From Malacoraja senta (taxonomy: Eukaryota), in the NCBI GenBank assembly GCA_038087875.1, contig CM076002.1:310001-374000 (forward strand): a DNA stretch of 64,000 bases. The letters run 5' to 3'. The notes beneath the pieces were generated by a model, which was not told the DNA's origin, did not search any database, and saw nothing but the letters and a program-made list of their open reading frames with translations. This document shows positions 11,790-22,322 of the stretch, piece after piece. Within the stretch, counting starts at the first letter, position 1; every line of letters starts with the position of its first letter. The position numbers were made by a program, and so were the translations under genes.

Positions 11790-12899
11790 AGGTTAGATTG
11801 CATGGGATCCAAGGAGAGATAGCTGAATGGATAGCAAATTGGCTCCATGGAAGGGAGCAGAGGGTAATGGTAAAAGGTTGCTTCTCAGACTGGATGCCTG
11901 TGACGAGTGGTGTGTCACAGGGTTCGGTGCTGGGCTCGTTACTGTTTGTCATCTACATCAATGATTTGGATGAGAACATACAGGGCAAGATTAGCAAGTT
12001 TGCTGATGGTACAAAAGTTAGTGGTTTTGCAGATGGTGAAGGTAGTTGTGAACGATTGCAGCAGGATCTGGATCGATTGGCCAGCAGGGCGGAGGAATGG
12101 TTGATGGAATTTAATACAGAGAAGGGTGAGGTGTTGCATTTTGGGATGTTGAACAAGGGCAGAACTGACACAGTGAATGGTAGGGCTCTGGGTAGTGTTG
12201 TAGAGCAGAGGGATCTAGGAGTACAGGTGCATGGTTCCATGAAGGTGGTTGCAGGTACATAAGGTGGTCAAAAAAGCTTTTGGCTCTTTGGCCTTCATCA
12301 GTCAGAGTATTGAGTATAGAGGTTGGGAGGTCATGTAGCAGTTGTATAAGACATCGGTGAGACCGCTTTTAGAATATTGTATTCATTTCTGGGCACCATG
12401 TTATAGGAAAGATATTGTCAAGCTTGAAAGGGTTCATAAAAGCTTTACGAGGATGTTGCCAGGACTAGAGGGTGCGAGCTATAGGGAGAGGTTGAGTAGG
12501 CTTGGGTCTCTATTTCATGGAGCGCAGGAGGATGAGGGGAGATGTAGAGGTGTACAAAATCATGAGAGGAATAGATCGGGTAGATGCATAGAGTCTCTTG
12601 CCCAGAGTAGGGGAATCGAGGACCAGAGGACATAGGTTCAAGGTGAAGGGGAAATATTTAATAGGAATCAGAGGGGTAACTTTTTCACACAAAGGGTGGT
12701 GTGTGTGTGGAACAAGCTGCCAGAGGAGGTAGTTGAGGCTGGGACTATCCCATTGTTTAAGACAGATACATGGATAGGGCAGGTTTTGAGGGATATTGAC
12801 CAAAGACAGGCAGGTGGGATTAGTGTAGCTGGGACACTTGGCTGGTGTGGGTGAATTGGGTCGAAGGGCCTGTTTCCACACTGTATAACTCTATGAACT
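11790..12899 (+). mobile_element. CR1 LINE RT-to-3' fragment, degraded
   Basis: HGIQGEIAEWIANWL..GVSQGSVLG..RPLLEYCIHFWAP; 3' tail CTCTATGAACT. Confidence 0.9.
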
Positions 12900-12920
12900 C
12901 TTGTGCCCCTCTGCGTCTCC

Positions 12921-15359
12921 CAATTCTGCTAGCCCTTGCTGTCCCCTCCCCTTCATCAGCCATCTGGTTGTCTCCTCCCCTCCCCAGCCCTCGGGCTCCT
13001 CCTCCGCCTTTTTCCTTTTTTCCTTTCTTCTCCCCACCCCCTATCAGTCTGAAGAAGGGTTTCGGCCCGAAACGTTACCTATTTCCTTCGCTCCATAGAT
13101 GCTGCTGCACCCGCTGAGTTTCTCCAGCATTTTTGTGTACCTAAAATATATTCACATCTTCATTCTCACAATCATTTGTGAGATTTAAGGACTCAGCTGC
13201 CTCATATGCTGTGCTTTTTAAATGTTTAAAATTGTCCCCTCTCAGTAGATCAGAAAATAAGACAAACAGCACGGTGAATGTGAAACAAAGTCTTTATTCA
13301 TCTTGTTCAATATAAAAAACGCTTTTTTGCACATATTGAGAAAAGGAGCACCACAGCAAACAACACAGTGGTCTGAAAAAGGGCTTCTCATACATGAAAA
13401 TCAACAAATGAAGCACAAATAAAATTATTTCCACTATATACTAATTCAGCTGAGAAATGCACAAGTCTAAATTCAGGCAATAAAAGATACAATGCAATGC
13501 GCTAAATGACAAGTTTTGAGATCTACAATCAGATAAGCAGATGCATGATAACCACGTGTTAAAGGAAAGACAGATGCAATGAAATTACTTTTACACCACA
13601 ATAAAAAAATAAAATCCACACTTAAAGTTAAACAAAGAAAAGTCAGCAGGATTTAAACTAAACATGAAATTAACTGGATTTTTCTGCATGTGGGCTCTCC
13701 TCATGCAGTGATGTACCTGTGGTCGGCAGCCGCTCAAAATAAGCTGTCCTGCCACGGCACACTGCCCAATTCTGAATTATAGTAGGAGCAGAGATGGTCT
13801 CTCTGCTCTTTTGCACTGTTGGTCCCCGTGTTACCTCGAAAACACTGCAGTGGCACCAAAGTCTCGTCGTTTGTACCACTCCTCCACGCACCTAGTGTTA
13901 TTCTCCCTGTTTGACTGTCCACTAAGTCACCGTCCTGCATGGCTGTTGCTGATCCTGAAGCTGCGCCTCTGATACGGATCAGGTTGTGCAGAACACATGC
14001 AGCAAACACAATAGTCTCTACGTTCTTTGGCTCCTGCTCCATGGTTTTGAGCAAGCATCTAAATCTGTTTGCCAGAATGCCAAAAGCATTTTCGACTACC
14101 CTCCTAGCCCTGGACAGCCTGTAATTAAAGATCCTCTGGACCCTTGTTAAATGTCTGTGGATATGGCTTCATCATCCAGGGCCTTAGTGCAAATGCATCG
14201 TCAGCAACCATTGAATATGGAATGTCCAGGCTGTCTTCTCCTGACAGAGGTTCGGGATCAGGCATGCCTGCTGTTCCATTTCCATTTTCTGCCCAAGCCA
14301 CGTCTCTCTCCAAATCCTGCCATCAGCGACACTTCCAGGTGTGCCCACATCCACATACTGGAAGTTGTAGTTATAATCCACCACAGCTAACAATACAATA
14401 GAATGGAATTTTTTGTAATTAAAATAATTTGAGCCACAACGAATGGCCACATGCTTGCCATTCACAGCCCCACATGTGTGTGTAAAGTTCCATCTGCTTT
14501 CAAACCCCAGCGCCACTCTCTTCCACGCATCTGGTGTACTGGGGCAGTCCATCACATCAGCTGCATAAAAATCGACAATGGCCTCACAAGTCTCTCGGAC
14601 AATCCCGCTGATGGTGCTGTGGGCAACCAGAAAGTTGTACGAGAGACTTTTGTAAGAATCACCTGAAGCCAAGTAGCGGAGGGTGATTGCTAGGCGCAGC
14701 CCTGGTTCCAGTGCCTTTCTCAATACCGTGTCATGTTTCATCAGCAGAGGTCCAAAGTTATTCTTCAGCTCATTAAAGAGCTCAGGTGAAATTCTGATGA
14801 CATTTTTAAATGCAAATTTATCCTCTTCGCACAGCACATTAAGCAGCTTTTCATACTGTCCAAAGAGAAATCTCCTTTGAAACAGGGGCTTCACCCACTG
14901 AGACCTCTTCTTAATTTTCCTCTTTACTCTCTCTCTTCTGCCTTCATTACACAAGCGTCCTTGCATCACATTAAGGGCTGCAGCATACAGCACTTGAACA
15001 AAAAAGATCACCATCCTGGACTCCAATAGCCTTCTTGCAGACATTTTTTCCAAATGAGCCAATTTAAACAAGGCAGGCTTTTTATAGTATGTAAAAAAAA
15101 AGCATGACCATTTTTTTAACATGTGATGATTTTTCAACACTTCAATATACATTGTTGCCTCAAGATTAACGGGAGAGGAACTTGGTACACTCGGGAGACG
15201 AACTTGGAACATCGCAGAAATGAGAAGTAAACGGGAAACTTAGACATACCCGTGGGAACTCGGTTAAACTCTGGATCATAAACTTGTAGTATCATACGCA
15301 ATCACGAGTCTTTCACTCGGGGTCACTCGTGGGTCAACTCGCACAGTGAGACACTGGCT
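12921..15359 (-). mobile_element. PIF/Harbinger DNA transposon, left-arm copy (keeps only the TIR upstream of the transposase, 15315-15359); nested Penelope-derived end at 12921-13143
   Basis: Transposase pseudogene inside. TIR CTCGGGGTCACTCGTGGGTCAACTCGCACAGTGAGACA matches 32131-32168. Confidence 0.85.
13734..15044 (-). pseudogene. Harbinger (DDE_Tnp_4 type) transposase, frameshifted
   Basis: RLAITLRYLASGDSY, GAVNGKH (canonical GAxDGxH), YFNYKKFHSIVLLAVVD, VADDAF, RRVVENAFGIL, ACVLHNL, split across frames. Confidence 0.9.
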
Positions 15360-15362
15360 TCA

Positions 15363-15625
15363 CCTGCGCTTGGTCCATATCCCTCCAAACCTGTTCTATC
15401 CATGTAGCTGTTAAATTGTTTCTGAAACTATGGGATAGTCCCAGCCTCAACAATCTTCTCTGGCAGCTTGGTCCATACACCCACCACCCTTTGTGTGAAA
15501 AAAGTTACCCCTTGGATTCCTATTAAATCTTTTCCCCTTCACCTTGAACCTATGTCCTCTGGCCCTCGATTCCCCTACTCGGGGCAAAAGACTCTGTGCA
15601 TCTACCCAATCTATTCTTCTCATGG
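15363..15625 (-). mobile_element. CR1 3' fragment (target of the Harbinger insertion)
   Basis: Matches the CR1 3' end seen at 33001-33270; its terminal part lies at 32178-32250. Confidence 0.8.
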
Positions 15626-15716
15626 TTCCTTCATTCCAGTTCTTCAAAATCTTACCATTGACAAATGTGATTTTACTTCTGGTGATTAATGTGATAACTT
15701 ATTGATTTATTTGGCC

Positions 15717-15954
15717 GGTGGCGGTACCTGGTGGCTAGCCACAGGTAGCGAACCCTCAGTTCAGGAGGGAGGAGTTGAGCGTCTCGGAGTGGGAGGCGTT
15801 GGGTCATGGGGTCCGACCCGGGGTATTTAAGGTCGGGTCACGCCCGGTCATGTTGTTGGAGTTGGAAGCAGCACAGTGTAGTAATAAATACCATTTCGTT
15901 CACACAACTCGTTTTCGCCTCATTCTTGGCTGGACTCCTGGAGTCTCCGCTACA
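15717..15954 (+). mobile_element. Solo LTR (Gypsy-like, 4-bp TSD GGCC)
   Basis: Ends CCGCTACA and starts GGTGGCGG (6/8 match to TGTAGCGG). GGCC on both flanks. TATTTAA at 15824, AATAAA at 15883. Confidence 0.65.
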
Positions 15955-17359
15955 GGCCCTCTTTATTGATTACATAGTCTATGTACTAATGACTACGTCA
16001 GTTGCTTTGCTGATGACCATGACTATCTATTAACGATCCTCATGGTGATTATCAAGTGTAGAAAATGACTGGTAATTTACCAACAAAAGTGATTTGGAAC
16101 TTGAGCTGTTGACATTTTCACAATTTCCTCACAAGTTGCATTCTTTGTTAACTGGATCCTGAAACATTTCAATTGGGCAAACCCACCTCCATCGCATTGA
16201 ACTGTGATAATGGATCTGAAATACAGAAATATTAACAAATATTAATATGTGTTGATGTTACAGGGATGTATCTTATAATGAAATGTTCATGTACTGTTTC
16301 AGTTCATTTGAAGTCAAGGAATCAAGGGATATGGGGAGTTGGCAGGAACGGGGTACTGATTGGAGATGATCAGCCATGATCATATTGAATGGCGGTGCTG
16401 GCTCGGAGGGCTGAAAAGCCCACTCCTGCACCTATTTTCTATGTTTCTAAGTATCTCAAATTTCAGTTCATACAAAAGCAAAGTTACTGTTGGAAATCAG
16501 AACTATAATGAGAAGTGTTGGAAATACTCAGAGGGCCAGGCAGCAGCTGTGTTGCTGTTCACCACAAACCCTAATATATCCCACATTTAGGAATAGTTAA
16601 GTTCATGTTCTGATGAAGCAGCGTTGAGCTGAACTGTTAACTTTGTTTCTCTTCCATAGAGGCTGCCTGACACATCGAGCAGGTCCAGAGTTTCAGTTTC
16701 TATCAAATCTTCTGGAAAAAATATGTTAAGAAATAACCAGGAAGCAGGCCAGACTGAACCTCATGATGAGTAAACCAGAATCTGACCGAAGGGAAACATT
16801 AACTGGAATCATGGAATCCAATGACTGGGAATTCCAGGATACCTTGGCGGTTACGGTGCAACGGAGTTTACGACCATCTCACTTACGTCGTACTTTGATA
16901 AGATCTTACTACAGGTGAGGCCACAGGTTATTTGAAAACGTGTCATCAGTTTTCTTTGATTGGTCACAGGTTGAACGGTGGGAATGAAGAGAGAGGTAGT
17001 GATGATCTCAGTAATTGAGCATAGAACAGTACAGCACAGGAACAGATCCTTCAGCCCATGATGTCTGTGCTGAATATGATGCCAAATTAAACTAATCACT
17101 TTCTATATGTGATCCATTTCCCTCCATTCCCTGAATACCCATGTGCCTATCTAAATGCCTCTTGCCACACACATCTCCTTTAAACTTTGCCCTTTTCATA
17201 TTTAAAGTTATACCCCCTAGTCCTTTGAGATTTCCATCCTGAGGGAACTATTCTGAATGCTTCTCATAATTTAATAAATTTTTATCGTCATCCCTTAACC
17301 TCTGAAGTTCCAGAGAATATAAACCAAATTTGTCTAACCTCTTCTTGTAGTCAAGGCAG

Positions 17360-17800
17360 CAGGGCCGGCCTTAAGCCATTTGGACTGATTGCTCCCAATT
17401 GGGCCCTGCGCATAAAGGGGGGCCCCTCACTAATGTTCCGTATTTTGTACGGACATACGAATTCTCTTTGTTAAATAAAGATTTTTTTTAAACATTCACC
17501 ATCCGGATTTTTTTTAAACGAACATGGATAACAACCGCTGCATGGCCATCAGACACAAATGATTTGTTAACTACTACTGTTAGCACTTGTTAACAGCCAG
17601 TAGTTACAAGTAGTTATACAATGTGTCATCAATGCATCGATCCACATTCCTCAGTAAATGTAATTGTGTTTTGAACAAGTATTTAATGACGCCGCGTTCC
17701 TTTGAATAAAATTCATGTGGCGTCATTAATACTTGTTCAAAACACAATTACATTTACTGAGGAATGTAGATCAATGCATTGATGACACATTGAGAATTTC
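17360..17800. mobile_element. Probable non-autonomous hAT-like remnant containing a long hairpin
   Basis: Starts CAGGGCCGGCC (hAT-like terminus); no second terminus found. Inverted repeat 17619-17695 / 17717-17792. Confidence 0.4.
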
Positions 17801-18472
17801 TTAAAATTCACCATCATGATTGAGAGCTCCGGACCACGAGAACGGGCTTCTTCTTGGTGTGGAGGTTAGTCATTCACCTACCGACCCACGTTGTGTCTCT
17901 CTGTCTTTCGCTCTCTCCCTCCCTCTCTCTCTCTCTCACGCTCTCTCTCTCCCGCCTCCCGCTCCCCATCTCCCTCTCTCTCACCCTGTCACCTCAGCAT
18001 TCCCGGAATCATTGAAGTTTTGCGGTGGACAAAAATGCTGGAGAAACTCAGCGGGTGAGGTAGCCGCCTTGCCCGCTGAGTTTCTCCAGCATTTTGTTTT
18101 TTGTTTAGCTCTGAAGTTGAAGGTGGCTCAGCGGGATGGGCATGGGCTCTGGGGACAGGGTTGCGTTTCTGGTCGATACCCTTCTTCAGACAATCACAAG
18201 TACTCTCACCGATGAGAGTTCAGTTCAGTCTGAAGAAGGGTCTTCTCTCCAGAGTCACTGCGCTGCCTGTCCTGCTGAGTTACTCCAGCTTTATGTCTAT
18301 CTTCAATTTCAGAGAAATAAAATTTCTCATGGGGGGCTATAGCGTCTACCCCCTCCCCCTTCCTTCCCAACCTCAGCCTCACGGACCTTAGCGTACCCCT
18401 AGTTCCTAAAACTAATTTCCATCACTGTTCATGTTGCACTTATAATGCAGAGACCGGGCTTGAAGTGATTCT

Positions 18473-18608
18473 GTGAAACAAAAAGATTAAGAGCTGGTTT
18501 CAGTCCAACGGCAGCCTGAAGTACTTCCGACTCTTAGCCCTGTGACCAGCTGTTTCAAGTTGTGTACTGCTGTTGGACTGAAACCAGCTCTTTATCTTTT
18601 TGTTTCAC
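18473..18608. repeat. Inverted repeat, 42-bp arms, 52-bp spacer (MITE-like)
   Basis: GTGAAACAAAAAGATTAAGAGCTGGTTTCAGTCCAACGGCAG and its reverse complement, 40/42 match. Confidence 0.85.
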
Positions 18609-19167
18609 CCCCTTTCCGTCCACATTCACCTCCCTCTCCCCCTCCCACGGTGCCTGCTGCTTTGGTGGCAGGCACATCATCACGTGTGTATCACGTTTAC
18701 ATTGGCAGTTAACCACTGATATATTTTCAAGTGGTCAGTGCAAAGTCTGCCTTCTTAAAAACTGGTATCGTTGTCAAAAGTGACTTGCTTCGTAAAAATG
18801 GGCATTTGTAAAATTAAACCCCAGTGTCCTCTGAGCTATGTGTTGCTGTATTGGTCAATATTCTTGCTAATTGTCGTATTAGCATTTCAATGCTGCGTGT
18901 GCTTCATTAATTAGATCGCAGCGGAACATCGTATTAAATCGCAAGCGACTGCAGATGCTGCAGATCTTGAGCAAAAAAAAAAAAACTGCTGGAGGAATAT
19001 TGAGTCACACCATTTAGTGAAGCCACCTAACAAAGGGTTGCTCTTTGGAGGCGAATAGTCACTTCCTGACTAACTGCTGACTCTTTTTAACTTAGCGCAG
19101 AGTGCAATGGTTACCCATTTTCTATTGCACAAATGCATGAGTGAAGAGTCGAGTCAAGAATGTATAG

Positions 19168-19358
19168 AGCGGCAGTGGTAGGCCATGGCAGCGGTAGGCC
19201 ATGACAGCGATAGGCCACGGCAGCGGTAGGCAGCAGTAGCGGTAGGCCACGACAGCGATAGGCAGTGGCAGGGGTAGGCAGCGGCAGCATTAGCGGCAGG
19301 GTAGGCAGTGGCAGGGGTTGGCAGCGGTAGACCACGGCAGCGGTAGGCTACGGCAGCG
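19168..19358 (+). repeat. Degenerate ~16-bp minisatellite (GGCAGCGGTAGGCCAC)
   Basis: About ten units visible; mirror at 27885-28075. Confidence 0.85.
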
Positions 19359-19632
19359 CTCCCCTCTCACCAATGTTCCCCGACAGGTCCCGTCCCCAGT
19401 TGCAGGATGCTCTCCCCTCCCCCACAGGCCTCCGACTGAAGCTGTGCCCCTCCCCCCGGCTGCAGGATACTCCCCCTACCGGCCCATGACAGCCATCGCC
19501 TGAAGCCGTCCCCCTCCCCTGGCAGCAGAACACAACAAGAGACGCAACAAGAATGAATGGACAATAAATCTCATCTCATCTTTAAATTGTTGTTATATTT
19601 TAAGTTATTCACATCCCATAACCTCCAGGAAC

Positions 19633-20335
19633 TTATCTAAGTTTCTGGGCACCTATATCTGCAATAATCTAAAATGGCACATCAATGCAGACCAAATCAT
19701 CAAGAAAGGACAACAACGTCTATACTTCCTCAGACAGCTCAAAAGGTTCAGGGTCCACAAACACCTCCTGGTCCGTTTCTATCAATCCATCATTGAAAGC
19801 ATCATCACCTCCTCAATCACAGTCTGGTACGGAAACACTGACAGTCATTCACTACACAGAATACAGCGCATTGTCTCCAAGGCCTCTAGGATCATCAACT
19901 CTCCCCTCCCCTCAATCCATTCCATTTACCTCCAACGTACCTCAAAACAGGCAACAAAGATCATTTCGGACCCCTCCCATCCAGCAAACCACCTTTTCCA
20001 GTCTCTCCCTTCAGGGAGGCGCCTTAGGTCACTTGCTACAAAATCCACCCGCTTTAAAAACAGTTTCTTCCCCTCAGCAAAAACAACACTTAATTCCCTC
20101 CAATAACTATTTGACTTTTGATGTATACAGTGTCTTGTCTATGGTTTTTGTCTGTTCTTTTGCACTATGTATTGTTGGTGAGATTTGTGATTTGTGATGT
20201 GGTATGGATGTACTTTATTACTATGATTTGTGTTGTTATTAGTGTTAATGTGACTAAAGCAGTGTACCATCATGTACCGAACCCAAATACCACCAACCCT
20301 GGTCGTGTGGCAAATAAAGATTCTATCTATCTATC
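19633..20335 (+). mobile_element. Rex1/Babar LINE 3' fragment
   Basis: KFLG..IIKKGQQRLYFLRQLKRF..SIIESIITSSITVWYG; GGCAAATAAAG plus (CTAT)n tail. Confidence 0.85.
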
Positions 20336-20339
20336 ATCT

Positions 20340-20703
20340 TAGCTTAAAAAAATCCCTTTTCCACTTGCCGTGCCTGTCAGCTGCACCTGCGCAGTAATAC
20401 CTGCGTGTTCTACATCACATGGGAACCCAATAATAAGCGGGAATGGCTGAGTGGATGGGTGGGGGGGGGTGAGGGGGGGTGAGGGGGGGTGGAGTGAGTG
20501 CGTGGGGGTTGGAAGGGCAAGGGCCGGAGTGGAGGGGGGGGGGGTGGTCAGGTGAGAGGAGGAGGGGGGATCAGGGGTGTTACAACGGGAACCCGTCAGC
20601 CGCGCCTGCGCAGTTGGGGGCTATGCCTGAGTGGTGGAATATTGCATTGGGGAACCAGGTCTCCCATGTGACAATGGGACCCAACGGGTCCCACTTAGTC
20701 TAG
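20340..20703 (+). mobile_element. Helitron-like non-autonomous element, 3' end
   Basis: Hairpin TGGGACCC-AAC-GGGTCCCA (20675-20693), then CTAG|T at 20700-20704. 5' end uncertain. Confidence 0.55.
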
Positions 20704-20859
20704 TTCATATATAATACTTTTAATTAATTACTACACTCAACTTTCACATCGATTCTTACTTCATTTGGCCAGACTCTTCCTGAGTCCCGTAAATTCTGGT
20801 GTCTTTCTTAACTTTTCTTATATTCTCTTTCCATTTACCTCCATCCGTATATCTACAGT

Positions 20860-22085
20860 TTGTCTCCTTCCCCCCACTATTTCATTTAAACTCATCCGTG
20901 TTGCAGCGGCAAACCTGCCTGCCAGAATGCTGGACCCCTCCTGTGAAGGTGCAACCTGTTTTTTTTGTACAATTCACCCTTCCCCCAAAACAGATCCCAG
21001 TGGTCAAAGAATCTAAATCCCACTCTCTGCACCAGCTCCTCAGCCACACATTCAGATCCAGTATCTCCCTGTTCCTGCCCTCACCAGCATGAGGAACTGG
21101 AAGTAAACCAGAGATAACCACCCTGGAGGTCCTGCTTTTCGTAATAGTAATAGTAATAGTAATAGTAATAGTAACTTTATTGTCAATTCAAATAATGTAA
21201 CAAGTAGTTACACAGAGGATTGAAATTGCGTTTCCCCATACTCCAATGTGCAAGTAATATTTATAACACAGACAGACAGTATACCAATAAAAATAGACAA
21301 TGGACATATACATTATATAAAATATTCATTAATAAAAGGTGCAATATAGAAAAGTGCAAGTAGCATACTGCAGACATTGGGTTAAAGTTAATTTGAAAGT
21401 CAGTTGGTCTTTGTGTAATGTTCATGGAATTTTCTTGAGTGTGTTGAGTAGTCTGATGGCCTGAGGGAAAAAGCTGTTTTTGAATCTTGTGGTTTTGCTC
21501 TGCATGCTGCGGTAGCGCTTGCCGGATGGTAGGAGGGTGAACAGTTTGTGTGCTGGGTGGGTGGTGTCTTTGATGATATTGGTTGCTCTCTTGCGACAGC
21601 GAGATGGGTATAAGTCTTGAATTGCTGGTTGGGGTGATCTAGTGATCTTCTCCGCTGTCCTCACCACTCTCTGTAGGGCCTTCTGGTCAGCAGCAGAGCA
21701 ACTGCCATACCAGACTGAGAGACTGCTGGTAAGAATGCTCTCAATGGCACCCCTGTAAAAAGTTGTGAGGGCAGAAGGGGGAGGTCGGCTCTCCTCATCC
21801 GTCGAAGGAAGTGGAGGCGTTGCTGTGCTTTTTGACTAGGGAGATGGTGTTGGTGGACCATGTCTGAATATCTGTGATGTGTACTCCCAGGAACTTGGTG
21901 CTTTTCACAGACTCCACTGCACTGCCATTTATGGTGAGTGGGGTGTGTGCTGCCTGTTTCTGCCTGAAGTCCACAGTTATTTCTTTCGTTTCAGTCTTCC
22001 GAGTTCTCTGAAGTCACGCTGCAGAAAGTCTTTCCTCTTCTTCCCGACATCATTTGTGCCGACATGCACTACCACTTCCAGTTCC
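20860..22085 (-). mobile_element. CR1 ORF1 (SGNH esterase) fragment interrupted by a Rex1/Babar 3' fragment (21141-21972, -)
   Basis: VVHVGTNDVG..RDFRELG and VISGLLPVP halves flank a piece with QQRLHFLR..LPSGKRYRS and a (TTACTA)n tail. Confidence 0.8.
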
Positions 22086-22261
22086 TTACCTTCAGAGCAG
22101 AGAACACTCTTCTGTGGGAAAAAGTCTCTGTGCATTTACCTGATCTATTCCTCTCATGATTTTGTACATCTCTATAACATCTTTCCTGTAACATGGTGCT
22201 CAGAACTGAACATAATAGTCTAAATACAGTCTCACCAATCTATCTTCTCCTATCTAACATA

Positions 22262-22278
22262 TCTATCTATCTATGTTT

Positions 22279-22322
<44 letters not shown>

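Larger units (their letters stand above)
120..22130 (+). repeat. Left arm of large inverted duplication
   Basis: ORFs mirror on the opposite strand (6896..8407 vs 37424..38935; 11798..12262 vs 33568..34032). 22081-22130 is the reverse complement of sequence starting at 25134. Confidence 0.95.

Noticed and set aside
13734..15212. Domesticated HARBI1 host gene
   Set aside because: Frameshifted, catalytic Asp lost, and bounded by TIRs with a TSD.
16741..16920. Possible exon ending CAG|GTGAGG
   Set aside because: No recognisable peptide or acceptor; the donor is deleted in the right arm.
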